Positions 7,633-16,856 of a stretch of 32,000 nt of DNA are shown piece by piece (within the stretch, counting starts at the first letter, position 1; each line of letters begins with the position of its first letter). Both the position numbers and the translations under genes were made by a program. Below the pieces are notes generated by a model, which worked only from the letters and a program-made list of their open reading frames with translations, ran no database searches and was not told the DNA's origin. The stretch is from Breznakia blatticola. Its GTDB lineage: Bacteria; Bacillota_I; Bacilli_A; Erysipelotrichales; Erysipelotrichaceae. The stretch lies in assembly GCF_004365815.1 (NCBI RefSeq), contig NZ_SODD01000001.1, positions 1 to 32,000 of the forward strand, read 5' to 3'.

Positions 7633-8621
7633 TTAGCAATAATTGCATCTGTAAATTCAGTTGTTGAAGCACTTCCACCAATATCAGCAGTACGTACACT
7701 TCCTTCTTTTAATACTTCATCAATAGCATTACGGATTTTTGTAGCTTCATCACGATATTCTAAATAATCAAGCATCAAACATGCAGCAAGTAATAATGCA
7801 AGTGGGTTTGCTTTGTTTTGTCCAGCGATATCTGGAGCACTTCCATGAACTGCTTCAAACATTGCGAAATCTTCACCTAAGTTTGCACTTGGTAATAATC
7901 CAAGACCACCGATTAGTCCACTTGTAAGATCACTAACAATATCTCCATATAAGTTTGGCATTACCATAATATCAAATTGTTCAGGTTTCATCACAAGTTG
8001 CATACATGTATTATCTACAATCATCGTATTTGCTTCAATTTGTGGATACTCTTTTGCGACTTCATTAAAGACACTTAAGAATAAGCCATCACTTAGTTTT
8101 AAGATGTTTGCTTTATGAACACATGTTACTTTTTTACGTCCATTTGCTACAGCGTATTCAAATGCTGCTTTGGCAATATTTGTACTTGCTTCTCGTGTAA
8201 TTAACTTAATTGCATGTACGGTATTTTCATCGATTTGTACTTCTTCACCAATGTATAAATCTTCTGTATTTTCTCTAAATGTAATAATATCGATATTTTT
8301 AAATGGTGTATCAATATTTGGTAAACTTTTTGCAGGTCGAATGTTTTGGTACAAGTTATATTTGTTACGTAATTGTACATTCAAACTCTTAAACCCTTTA
8401 CCAATTGGTGTTGTAATTGGTGCTTTTAAAACTATTTTATTATTTTCAATTGAATCAAATACAGCTTGTGGAATTAACTCTCCACACGCTTCATAACAAG
8501 CTTCTCCAACTTCATACATTTCAAAGTTTAAATCTAATTTTAGTGTTTCAAGAACACGAACTACTTCCGAACAAATTTCTGGTCCGATTCCATCACCTTT
8601 TAATACTGTAATATTTCTCAT
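7626..8621 (-). CDS. icd: Isocitrate dehydrogenase (isocitrate/isopropylmalate dehydrogenase family, short ~330-aa NAD(P)-dependent form)
   Basis: MRNITVLKGDGIGPEI..., MPNLYGDIVSDL and FEAVHGSAPDIAGQNKANP are family signatures. The gene lies directly downstream of citrate synthase and opposite aconitase, which favours isocitrate over isopropylmalate as the substrate. Confidence 0.8.
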   Translation of the reverse strand: MRNITVLKGDGIGPEICSEVVRVLETLKLDLNFEMYEVGEACYEACGELIPQAVFDSIENNKIVLKAPITTPIGKGFKSLNVQLRNKYNLYQNIRPAKSLPNIDTPFKNIDIITFRENTEDLYIGEEVQIDENTVHAIKLITREASTNIAKAAFEYAVANGRKKVTCVHKANILKLSDGLFLSVFNEVAKEYPQIEANTMIVDNTCMQLVMKPEQFDIMVMPNLYGDIVSDLTSGLIGGLGLLPSANLGEDFAMFEAVHGSAPDIAGQNKANPLALLLAACLMLDYLEYRDEATKIRNAIDEVLKEGSVRTADIGGSASTTEFTDAIIAKL

Positions 8622-8623
8622 GT

Positions 8624-9979
8624 TTAATTTCCCCTTTTTTCTATATCGATATATTCGCAGATTTCGCCAACGTATTTTGTTGCTGGACGAACGATTTTTC
8701 CACTGTACATTTGGTTTTCAATGTTATGTGCTAGCCAACCAATACTACGTGCACATACAAATAGTGGTGTATATAAATCACGTGGAATGTTTAACATTTT
8801 CTCGTAGACAAAGCCACTGTAGAAATCCACATTGCTACAAACATTGATACCTTTCTTTTCTTTAATAACTTCTTTTGCTACTTTTTCAAAGCGCTCATAG
8901 AAATCAAATTCTGTTTCTAAGTTCTTTTCTTTTGCAAGTTCTCTTGCTCCATTTTTTAATACTTCACTTCGAGGATCACTTAGTGTGTATACTGCATGTC
9001 CCATTCCGTAAATTAACCCACGTTGATCAAAGTAATTACCTGCAAGTAGTTTCTCACAAACTTCTTTGATTTGTGCTTCACTTGCTTCATATCCAATATC
9101 TGCAATCACATCATCCATCATTTGACAAACTTTGATATTTGCACCACCGTGTTTTGGTCCTTTTAGTGAACCAATGGCACCAGCAAAACTGGAATAGATA
9201 TCTGTACCTGTACTTGACATTACTACATTTACAAATGTCGAGTTTGGTCCACCACCATGGTCAGCATGAACAACAAGGATGATATCTAATAAATGTGCTT
9301 CCAAATCTGTAAACTCTTGATCTGGACGAATCATTTGTAAGATATTTTCAGCAAAGCTTAAATCTTCATCAACATGGTGAATGTACATACTTTCATTTTC
9401 GAAGTAGTGAACTTTGCTTTGATAGTTGTATGCAACTAAACAAGGCATTTTTCCTACAATGTGCAACCCTTGATCAATAATATGTTCCAAACTTACATCA
9501 TCTGGTGTTTTATCATAGTTGTATAAAGTAAGCACATCTTGTTGAAGCTTATTCATTAAATTCTTCGTTGGAGCACGTAAGATTTTACTTTCCAAAAAGT
9601 CTTTTGGTAGGTGGAATTTTTTATGTAAAATTCTTGTGAAATGTTCCAACTCTTCACGATTTGGTAAATACCCAAACATGATTAAGAAACTTGTTTCTTC
9701 AAATAGATTGGCTTTACCTAAACGACTTTTATTTCTTGCACCATCAACAATTTCATTGATTTCAATTCCGCGATAAAACAATTGTCCTTGTTGGTCAACT
9801 TTCGTTTCACACTCACGACAGTATCCAACAACATCACTGACTTTTGTAAGTCCAACCAAAACTCCTGTACCATCTTCATTTCTCAATCCATTCTTCACCG
9901 AATGCGTTTTATATAATTGCTTATCGATATAACCAATTTCTTTTGCTTTTTCAAAAAATCTTTCTAATCTTTTATCCAT
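8624..9979 (-). CDS. Citrate synthase (Si-type citrate/2-methylcitrate synthase family)
   Basis: The motifs VHADHGGGPNSTF, GPKHGGANI and GMGHAVYTLSDPR are the conserved catalytic His regions of citrate synthases. The protein is 451 aa. RBS AGAGGTGGA. Confidence 0.9.
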   Translation of the reverse strand: MDKRLERFFEKAKEIGYIDKQLYKTHSVKNGLRNEDGTGVLVGLTKVSDVVGYCRECETKVDQQGQLFYRGIEINEIVDGARNKSRLGKANLFEETSFLIMFGYLPNREELEHFTRILHKKFHLPKDFLESKILRAPTKNLMNKLQQDVLTLYNYDKTPDDVSLEHIIDQGLHIVGKMPCLVAYNYQSKVHYFENESMYIHHVDEDLSFAENILQMIRPDQEFTDLEAHLLDIILVVHADHGGGPNSTFVNVVMSSTGTDIYSSFAGAIGSLKGPKHGGANIKVCQMMDDVIADIGYEASEAQIKEVCEKLLAGNYFDQRGLIYGMGHAVYTLSDPRSEVLKNGARELAKEKNLETEFDFYERFEKVAKEVIKEKKGINVCSNVDFYSGFVYEKMLNIPRDLYTPLFVCARSIGWLAHNIENQMYSGKIVRPATKYVGEICEYIDIEKRGN

Positions 9980-10229
9980 ATATCCACCTCTATAACACTA
10001 GTTCTACTGATTATATCATTTTTTGACTCAAAAATTAAGCACTAATGTAAATTATTACAATATTGAATATGTAAATATTTTCATAGAATGATATTCTTTC
10101 ATATTAGGAAGTGTATTGTACATGACGCACACATGTATTCCCTACAAACACAAATAATATGATTTTAGTCCGCGGATTGCATCGACTTATGGTATAATAT
10201 GAAACAACTATTATAAAGGGGGACAAACG

Positions 10230-12143
10230 ATGGCTACGTTATGCGAAAAAATATTACAAGCTCACCTAGTGGAAGGTACCTATGAAAAAGGTAAACAAAT
10301 TGGGATTAAGATTGATCAAACATTAACACAGGATGCAACTGGAACCATGGCATATTTACAACTGGAAGCAATGGGAATTGATAAAGTAAAAACAGAACGT
10401 TCAATGAGTTATGTTGATCACAATACATTACAAAGTGGATTTGAAAATGCTGATGACCACAAATACTTACAAACTGTGGCAAATGCATATGGTGTCTACT
10501 TCTCAAAACCAGGAAATGGAATCTGTCACCAAGTTCACTTAGAACGATTTGCAGCTCCAGGTAAAACACTACTAGGTAGTGATTCACATACACCAACTGC
10601 TGGTGGTATTGGAGCAATTGCAATGGGTGCAGGTGGTCTTGATGTTGCTTGTGCAATGGCGGGTCGTCCATTCTTCTTAACTACACCACAAGTGGTTAAT
10701 GTGAATTTAACTGGAAAACTACGAAAAGGTGTTAGTGCGAAAGATATTATCCTTAAAGTTTTACAACTTATGAGTGTAAAAGGTGGAGTTGGAAAAATTG
10801 TTGAATATGGTGGACCTGGAATTGAAAGTTTATCCATTCCAGAACGTGCAACTATTTGTAATATGGGAGCAGAACTTGGAGCAACAACATCTATCTTCCC
10901 TTCTGATGAAATTACAAAAGATTTCTTGAAGAAACAAAATCGCGAAGATGCATGGGTTGAATTAAAAGCAGATGAAGATGCAATCTATGATGAAGTATTC
11001 CACATTGACTTAGATGCATTGGAGCCAATGATTGCAATGCCTCACTCACCAGATGCAGTTGTTCCTGTATCTGAAGTTGAAGGAATGCATGTAGACCAAG
11101 TTGCTATTGGTTCATGTACAAACTCTTCACTACGTGATTTAACAATTGTTGGTAACATTCTTGAAGGTAAACAAGTAGATTCTTCAGTTAGTTTAGTTAT
11201 CTCACCAGGTAGTAAACAAGTACTACAAATGATTACTCAAAATGGTGCATTAAGTAATATGATTTCTAGTGGTGCTAGAATTCTAGAAGCAACTTGTGGT
11301 CCTTGTATTGGAATGGGACAAAGTCCAATTACAAATGCATTATCATTACGTACATTTAACCGTAACTTTTATGGACGTAGTGGTACATTAAGCGCAAAAG
11401 TATGTTTAGTTTCTCCTGAAACAGCAGCAGCTAGTGCACTGACAGGAGTGATTACAGACCCTCGTAAAGTCGATTTTGAATTACCAAGCGATGTAGATGC
11501 ATTTATGATTGATGATTCAATGATTTTAACTCCAGACTGTGACAAAGAAAAAGAAATTGTACGTGGTCCAAATATCAAACCACTACCAATCAACACACCA
11601 TTGGATGATCACATTCATAAAAAAGTTATGATTAAAGTAGAAGACAACATTACTACTGACCATATTGCTCCTGCAGGTGCGAAAGTCTTACCATACCGTA
11701 GTAACATTGAAAAGATTTCAGAATTCATCTTCATGAACAACAAACCTGATTTCGATAAAGTATGTAAAGAATATGGTGGTGGATACATTATCGCAGGTGC
11801 TAACTATGGACAAGGTTCATCAAGAGAACATGCTGCACTTGCACCTATGTATTTAGGTATCAAAGCAGTTATCGCAAAAAGTTTTGCCCGTATCCATAAA
11901 GCAAACTTAGTGAACTTTGGAATTCTTCCATTAACATTCGATAACGAAGCAGACTATGACACAATTGATGAAATGGATGATTTAGACATCAACAACTTAG
12001 ATCAACTTGCAGTGGACACTCCACTTATGGTGATTAACCAAACAAAAGATAAAACATATACAGTACACCATGGCTTAAGTCAATATGACATTGATATTAT
12101 CAAAGCTGGTGGTACACTAAACTACATTAAAGCAATGCAATAA
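10230..12143 (+). CDS. Aconitate hydratase (short ~640-aa aconitase with fused swivel domain)
   Basis: The motifs DQTLTQDATG, GSDSHTPTAGG, GSCTNSS and CGPCIGMG provide the Fe-S cluster Cys ligands. The C-terminal YGQGSSREHAA is the swivel domain. RBS AAAGGGGGA. Confidence 0.85.
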   Translation: MATLCEKILQAHLVEGTYEKGKQIGIKIDQTLTQDATGTMAYLQLEAMGIDKVKTERSMSYVDHNTLQSGFENADDHKYLQTVANAYGVYFSKPGNGICHQVHLERFAAPGKTLLGSDSHTPTAGGIGAIAMGAGGLDVACAMAGRPFFLTTPQVVNVNLTGKLRKGVSAKDIILKVLQLMSVKGGVGKIVEYGGPGIESLSIPERATICNMGAELGATTSIFPSDEITKDFLKKQNREDAWVELKADEDAIYDEVFHIDLDALEPMIAMPHSPDAVVPVSEVEGMHVDQVAIGSCTNSSLRDLTIVGNILEGKQVDSSVSLVISPGSKQVLQMITQNGALSNMISSGARILEATCGPCIGMGQSPITNALSLRTFNRNFYGRSGTLSAKVCLVSPETAAASALTGVITDPRKVDFELPSDVDAFMIDDSMILTPDCDKEKEIVRGPNIKPLPINTPLDDHIHKKVMIKVEDNITTDHIAPAGAKVLPYRSNIEKISEFIFMNNKPDFDKVCKEYGGGYIIAGANYGQGSSREHAALAPMYLGIKAVIAKSFARIHKANLVNFGILPLTFDNEADYDTIDEMDDLDINNLDQLAVDTPLMVINQTKDKTYTVHHGLSQYDIDIIKAGGTLNYIKAMQ

Positions 12144-12150
12144 ATATAGA

Positions 12151-12186
12151 AATCCCTGCACTCACATAAATGCAGGGATTTTTTTA
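12151..12186. terminator. Bidirectional rho-independent terminator between aconitase and the convergent GNAT gene
   Basis: AATCCCTGCA (12151-12160) pairs perfectly with TGCAGGGATT (12171-12180) across a 10-nt loop. It is followed by TTTTT on the plus strand and by a T-rich tract on the minus strand. Confidence 0.85.
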
Positions 12187-12456
12187 TCGATCTAAGTATT
12201 CTTTGTATTCTGGATGTAATGAGAAGTACTTTACAGCATAGCCACATACTGGAGAAGCCTTCGCATCTTGTTCTTTTAGTAATGTTACCATTTCTTCCAT
12301 CAGTTCCCCAGCAAGTCCTTGTCCACGATATGCTGGATTTACATATGTACTCATCAAGTGATATACATTATTTACTTCGCGATATTCTAAAGCTGCGATT
12401 TCTTCGCCTCTTTCATTCACCATTATAATGGCATCTTTTTTTCTTTCTATTTTCAT
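12184..12456 (-). CDS. Small GNAT-like N-acetyltransferase (YjdJ / Acetyltransf_CG type, 90 aa)
   Basis: VNPAYRGQGLAGELMEEMVTLLKEQDAKASPVCGYAVKYF matches the acetyl-CoA-binding R-G-Q-G-x-A motif and the conserved C-terminal CxY of this mini-GNAT family. Confidence 0.75.
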   Translation of the reverse strand: MKIERKKDAIIMVNERGEEIAALEYREVNNVYHLMSTYVNPAYRGQGLAGELMEEMVTLLKEQDAKASPVCGYAVKYFSLHPEYKEYLDR

Positions 12457-12583
12457 ATGATCACCTTCCTATTACAATTATTATAATTTACTTAACAATA
12501 TAAATCTAATGTTATGCAATATTCATCATTGTTTTCTTATACTTTGAAAATAAAACGATTTTCACTCAAATACGTAAATTCGC

Positions 12584-12612
12584 TTGTTGTTTTAGATTTA
12601 GTGTGTTACAAT
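12584..12612 (+). promoter_or_regulatory. Candidate promoter of the cold-shock gene
   Basis: TTGTTG (12584-12589) is followed by a 17-nt spacer ending in TGT, then TACAAT (12607-12612), an extended -10. This leaves a 5' UTR of about 70 nt. Confidence 0.5.
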
Positions 12613-12691
12613 CCAAGAGTAATGTAAGAAGTAGGTTGGCTTTAGAGTTTCAGTAATACCTCTTATTGTTATAGACAGGAGGTACAACTTA

Positions 12692-12892
12692 ATGGAATCA
12701 GGTAAAGTAAAATTCTTCAACGAAGAAAAAGGATTTGGATTTATCACAACTGATGGTGGTAAAGATGTATTCGTACACTACTCAAACATCAACGCAGACG
12801 GGTTCAAAACTTTAAAAGAAGGTGACTATGTTCAATTTGACGTAGAAACTGACCCACGTGGTGATAAAGCTGTTAACGTTACATTAGTATAA
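12692..12892 (+). CDS. Cold-shock protein (CspA family, 66 aa)
   Basis: [15 protein letters not shown] (RNP-1) and DVFVHYS (RNP-2) are present. RBS ACAGGAGGT. Confidence 0.95.
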   Translation: MESGKVKFFNEEKGFGFITTDGGKDVFVHYSNINADGFKTLKEGDYVQFDVETDPRGDKAVNVTLV

Positions 12893-12902
12893 TTAACAAT
12901 CT

Positions 12903-12930
12903 AGACGGTTCATACGAATCGTCTTTTTTT
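12903..12930 (+). terminator. Rho-independent terminator of csp
   Basis: AGACGGTTC / GAATCGTCT forms a 9-bp stem (one G-T pair) with loop ATAC, followed by TTTTTT (12925-12930). Confidence 0.75.
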
Positions 12931-12934
12931 AAGC

Positions 12935-12974
12935 AAAGAAGCAGTATTGGCATTTAGTCCAATACTGCTTCTTT
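12935..12974. repeat. Perfect 16-bp inverted repeat (hairpin) spanning the stop codon of the ceramidase-like gene
   Basis: AAAGAAGCAGTATTGG (12935-12950) is the exact reverse complement of CCAATACTGCTTCTTT (12959-12974), with an 8-nt loop. On the plus strand it is followed by ATGTTTTTC. Confidence 0.6.
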
Positions 12975-14243
12975 ATGTTTTTCACGAATTCTTTCTTTGA
13001 TCTTTTTTACCTTTTCATTGATGAAGTGTACAAATGCTTCCCCTTCACCTTTTTCATAGTAAGTCATTAATGCCTCATAGTATTCCATATCATAGGCACT
13101 TTTATCAGGTAAGTAATATGCATATCCATTTGCATAGTTTACAACGATACAATCCTCACACTCTAATTTATTTGCAAGCGTAGAAAACATCTCAAATGGC
13201 ATAAAGATAAAACTGATAGGTCCAAGAACGACAATCGCAAAATGAATTTCTTGTGTTGGTAAACCATCATCATGTTTGATTAAGTTACAAAACATGGTCT
13301 CCCCTTCCACAATACTTTGTAGAAAACGAATTTCCATAGGATCTTGTAAGTTATCGGCAATCGCTTGATCTAAATGTTTTTGTGCTTTATCGATTTGGTT
13401 TTGGCAAACTTCAAGTGGTGGTAGTTCGCGTTTTTTCATATCATACGAAAAATGAAGTGCATAAATTTCATCAAGTGGCACTTCACGAGCCTCCACTAGT
13501 GATTCTTTAATTGCTGTTGCTACTTTTTTACCTAAACGACGAACCTCTCTAGGAGTACTGCTTTTACGGGTAAAGCGTGTACTAATATTACCCGAAGGCC
13601 CATTTAAAAACATTTGGTTTTTATATTCTGGTAAATGATGCGCAATTCCACCAACTAAATCTGAAGAAATCGCAGTACTTTCCGCACGTAAAATCGTAGG
13701 GTGTACAGGATAATGATACAACAAGATTGGATCTTTATCTTTACGCTCAAACTTAAATGTTGTCACTACATTATCAATTGGTATATATGGATCATGACGA
13801 CTTGCAGCAACCCCTTCTACTTCTTTTTGGGCTACTGAACAAGTAAACTCACTTAAATCCATAACTGCATTTTTTACAGCACTAATACTATTTACTGCTA
13901 GATGACGTAAAAAAGCCTCGTCTACTTCACCAAATAGGTCCTGTAAAGATTTCGATTCACACACACCTTTTGGAGCAGAATGCGTATGTGTTGCAATAAT
14001 TTGAATATCACTAAAGTTGTAAAGGCGTACTTCCAACTCTCTTTTAAGTTCATTATAGAAATGATAATCTACCGCGACAATATCTAGAGTTAACCATAAA
14101 TATTGTTTTTTATTTTCTTGAAACACCAATGCTTTTGCATAAAGTGGTGTATCGATTTTCGTTGATACACGCTTACCTAAAAAACCGGCTAATTCAATAC
14201 CGACCTTTGGTGTAATATCAACTTGGGCAAAGCCTATTTTCAT
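12954..14243 (-). CDS. Neutral/alkaline ceramidase-like N-terminal-domain protein (429 aa, no signal peptide); function unknown
   Basis: MKIGFAQVDITPKVGIELAGF... and IIATHTHSAPKG resemble the start and the H-x-H-S zinc motif of the non-lysosomal ceramidase fold. I moved the start to the ATG at 14243, which is preceded by GAAGGGAAG. Confidence 0.55.
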   Translation of the reverse strand: MKIGFAQVDITPKVGIELAGFLGKRVSTKIDTPLYAKALVFQENKKQYLWLTLDIVAVDYHFYNELKRELEVRLYNFSDIQIIATHTHSAPKGVCESKSLQDLFGEVDEAFLRHLAVNSISAVKNAVMDLSEFTCSVAQKEVEGVAASRHDPYIPIDNVVTTFKFERKDKDPILLYHYPVHPTILRAESTAISSDLVGGIAHHLPEYKNQMFLNGPSGNISTRFTRKSSTPREVRRLGKKVATAIKESLVEAREVPLDEIYALHFSYDMKKRELPPLEVCQNQIDKAQKHLDQAIADNLQDPMEIRFLQSIVEGETMFCNLIKHDDGLPTQEIHFAIVVLGPISFIFMPFEMFSTLANKLECEDCIVVNYANGYAYYLPDKSAYDMEYYEALMTYYEKGEGEAFVHFINEKVKKIKERIREKHKEAVLD

Positions 14244-14360
14244 ACATTCACTTCCCTTCTCATCTTCTATTATACCTTTTTTCATTAAGCAATGAAAGAT
14301 AATGAAACTATTGTAACATCATTGTATGAAGTTTTCGTGAAGTTTTCATACGTTTTCAGT

Positions 14361-14391
14361 AAAAAATAAAAGAGATGCATTATACATCTCT
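14361..14391 (-). terminator. Rho-independent terminator of metY-metA
   Basis: AGAGATG (14371-14377) pairs with CATCTCT (14385-14391). On the minus strand it is followed by TTTATTTTTT. It begins 2 nt after the metA stop. Confidence 0.7.
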
Positions 14392-14392
14392 A

Positions 14393-15304
14393 TCATTGAA
14401 TATCATCAACATTATATGGTGTCTCTTGATAAATAAAATTTAACCAGTTTTGATATAGTAAATTCGCATGTGCTCGCCATGTATAGTATGGTAAACGTTT
14501 TGGATCTTCACCAACAAAATAGTTATGCGGTTTTGCAGTCGCAAGACCTTTATTTGCATCACGAATATACTCTTTTGCAAGTGTATCTAAATCGTATTCT
14601 AAGTGCCCTAAAATAAAGAAGTTCTTTTCATCTTTACTCATTATCATATTTGAACCGACATCACTCATTTTTGAAAGTACTGTAAGTGCATCACTATTTG
14701 ATACTTGCACTTCATTGACTCCCGTATAGCGTGATTGTGGACAGTCAAATATTTCATCAAAACCACCAACCACAAAATGTTTTCCTACAAGTTCTTGTTT
14801 ATAGATGCCAAATAGTTTCTCATCATAATCCACTTTTTCAATACCGTAGTGATAATAAAGACCTGCTTGTGCACCCCAACAAATATGTAAAGTACTTGTT
14901 ACATTGTGTTTTGACCACTCCATTACTTCACATAGTTCATCCCAGTAATCGACATCTTGAAATGCGTATTGTTCAACAGGTGCACCAGTAATAATCAAAG
15001 CATCATACTTTGTATCTTTCACATCTACAAATCGTAAATAGTATTTATGCAAATGTGATATATCCGTATTCTTTGATGTGTGTGATTCCATTCTTAGAAA
15101 ATCGACATCCACTTGTAAAGGTGTTTTACTGATTAAACGCAATAATTGAATTTCTGTTTCCACCTTTTTTGGCATTAAATTTACAATCAACAATTTTAAA
15201 GGTCGTATGTCTTGCGACATTGCTCGCTCATTGGATAAAGCGAAGATACTTTCCTGATCCAATGCTTTTTTTGCAGGAAAGTCATCATGTACATTAATTG
15301 GCAA
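14393..15304 (-). CDS. metA: Homoserine O-acyltransferase MetA (acetyl or succinyl specificity not decidable by eye)
   Basis: (M)PINVHDDFPAKKALDQESIFAL..RPLKLLIVNLMPKK..HICWGAQAGL is the canonical MetA signature. The start codon is TTG (15302-15304), 2 nt after the metY stop, with GGAG 7 nt upstream. Confidence 0.9.
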   Translation of the reverse strand: MPINVHDDFPAKKALDQESIFALSNERAMSQDIRPLKLLIVNLMPKKVETEIQLLRLISKTPLQVDVDFLRMESHTSKNTDISHLHKYYLRFVDVKDTKYDALIITGAPVEQYAFQDVDYWDELCEVMEWSKHNVTSTLHICWGAQAGLYYHYGIEKVDYDEKLFGIYKQELVGKHFVVGGFDEIFDCPQSRYTGVNEVQVSNSDALTVLSKMSDVGSNMIMSKDEKNFFILGHLEYDLDTLAKEYIRDANKGLATAKPHNYFVGEDPKRLPYYTWRAHANLLYQNWLNFIYQETPYNVDDIQ

Positions 15305-15306
15305 AA

Positions 15307-16578
15307 CTAAACTCCAACATGTGTAAGTGCTTGTTCAAGATCCGCAATAATATCATCTGCATTTTCTAGACCAATAGAAATACGCACTAGATTTGCAGGA
15401 ATATTTGCAGCTTCTAGTTCTTCATCACTTAATTGACGATGTGTTGCACTTGCTGGATGTAAAGCACAAGTTGCACTATCAGCAACATGAACTTCCATTT
15501 TAATTAATTTCAAGTTATCCAATAATTTTGCAGCATCTTCACGCCCACCTTTTAAAATGATTGATAATACGCCACTACAACCTTTTGGTAAGTATTTTTG
15601 TTGGAGGCTGTAGTATTTATTTGATGGTAAACCTGGATAGTTCACCGATTCAATTTTTTCATGATTTTCTAACCACGTTGCAACTTTGCATGCATTTTCA
15701 TAGTGACGGTCCATACGTAAGTGTAATGTGTCAATTCCTAGATTTAAGTAAAATGAATTTTGTGGTGCTGGTGTACATCCTAAATCACGCATCAACTGTG
15801 CAAGTGCTTTAGTAATGTAAGCTTGCTTACCAAATGCTTTTGTATAACTTAATCCATGGTATGAAGGATCTGGTTCACTAATTTGTGGGAATTTTCCATT
15901 GTCCCAATTAAACGTTCCTCCATCTACAATACATCCACCAACAGCTACTGCATGTCCATCAAGATATTTTGTTGTTGAATGTGTAACGATATCTGCTCCA
16001 AGTTTCAATGGATTACAGAAATATGGAGTAGGAAATGTATTATCCACAATCAATGGTACATCATGATCATGCGCTAGCTTACTAAACTTATCAAAGTCTA
16101 ATACACTCAATTGTGGGTTTGCTAATGTTTCAGCAAATACTGCTTTTGTATTGTCTTTAAGATATGTTTTTAGTTCATCTAATGGTAAATCTTGATCTAC
16201 AAATGTTACTTCAATTCCCATTTTCTTTAATGTATGCGCAAATAGATTGTATGTTCCTCCATAGATATTACTACTTGAAAGAATATGATCCCCACTGTGG
16301 GCTAGGTTCAAGATGGCAATAAAGCTTGCTGCTTGTCCACTACTTGTACATAGTGCACCAACTCCACCTTCTAATTCAGCAATACGTTTTTCAACTGCTG
16401 CAGTTGTTGGGTTTGCAAGTCTCGTATAAAAGAAGCCAGGAACTTTCAAATCGAATAAGTCACCAACATATTCTGTTGAATCATATGCAAATGTTGTGCT
16501 TTGCGTAATTGGTAAAACTCTAGGTTCTCCATTTTTCGCTTCATAGCCACTGTGTAATATTTTTGTTTCTACTTTCAT
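15307..16578 (-). CDS. metY: O-acetylhomoserine sulfhydrylase / aminocarboxypropyltransferase (PLP, Cys/Met-metabolism family)
   Basis: MKVETKILHSGYE.., YTRLANPT and VTHSTTKYLDGH (PLP lysine context) are present. The ATG at 16578 is preceded by AAGGGGGA. Confidence 0.9.
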   Translation of the reverse strand: MKVETKILHSGYEAKNGEPRVLPITQSTTFAYDSTEYVGDLFDLKVPGFFYTRLANPTTAAVEKRIAELEGGVGALCTSSGQAASFIAILNLAHSGDHILSSSNIYGGTYNLFAHTLKKMGIEVTFVDQDLPLDELKTYLKDNTKAVFAETLANPQLSVLDFDKFSKLAHDHDVPLIVDNTFPTPYFCNPLKLGADIVTHSTTKYLDGHAVAVGGCIVDGGTFNWDNGKFPQISEPDPSYHGLSYTKAFGKQAYITKALAQLMRDLGCTPAPQNSFYLNLGIDTLHLRMDRHYENACKVATWLENHEKIESVNYPGLPSNKYYSLQQKYLPKGCSGVLSIILKGGREDAAKLLDNLKLIKMEVHVADSATCALHPASATHRQLSDEELEAANIPANLVRISIGLENADDIIADLEQALTHVGV

Positions 16579-16600
16579 GTGTACATCCCCCTTATAAAAC

Positions 16601-16850
16601 AAAAAAATCTCTCATCCATAGGACGAAAGATTCGTGGTACCACCTATATTCGTATAGCTTTCACAAGACTATACCTCTTCGTGTTCTAACAAACACTATC
16701 GCTTTAACGGGCGAACCCGATATACATTTACAAATGCTCATGTATACAACTCCAAGACCATCTTCACTAATTATATCAATGTTCCTTTTCACCATCCAGA
16801 ACTCTCTAAGAATGACGCCATTAGTTACTCTTCTTTTCTTCGTTTTTGTT
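16601..16850 (-). promoter_or_regulatory. T-box leader (tRNA-sensing riboswitch), probable Met specifier, with intrinsic terminator
   Basis: The minus strand shows AGAGAG...GGATGGTGAAAAGG (Stem I motifs) and AGTGAAGATGG with ATG at plus-strand 16759-16761 in the specifier position. The T-box sequence TAGGTGGTACCACGAATC has its core at 16633-16644. The terminator AATCTTTCGTCC/GGATGAGAGATT plus TTTTTTT is at 16601-16632. Confidence 0.85.
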
Positions 16851-16856
16851 TTTTAC

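Noticed and set aside
10054-10073. A quasi-palindrome, TTACAATATTGAATATGTAA, in the citrate synthase/aconitase intergenic region, considered as a candidate operator.
   Set aside because: Only the inner ATATT-G-AATAT is symmetric, and the outer arms are out of register. In DNA this A/T-rich, that is not distinguishable from chance.
10306-10837. Two minus-strand ORFs (121 aa and 100 aa) inside the aconitase gene. Similar antisense or nested ORFs occur throughout, for example 149-391, 1011-1295, 8170-8496, 14731-14991, 18433-18753, 19194-19592, 28589-29006 and 29896-30123.
   Set aside because: They lie wholly within well-supported genes on the opposite strand or in another frame. They lack RBSs and have biased, repetitive composition, so they are shadow ORFs.
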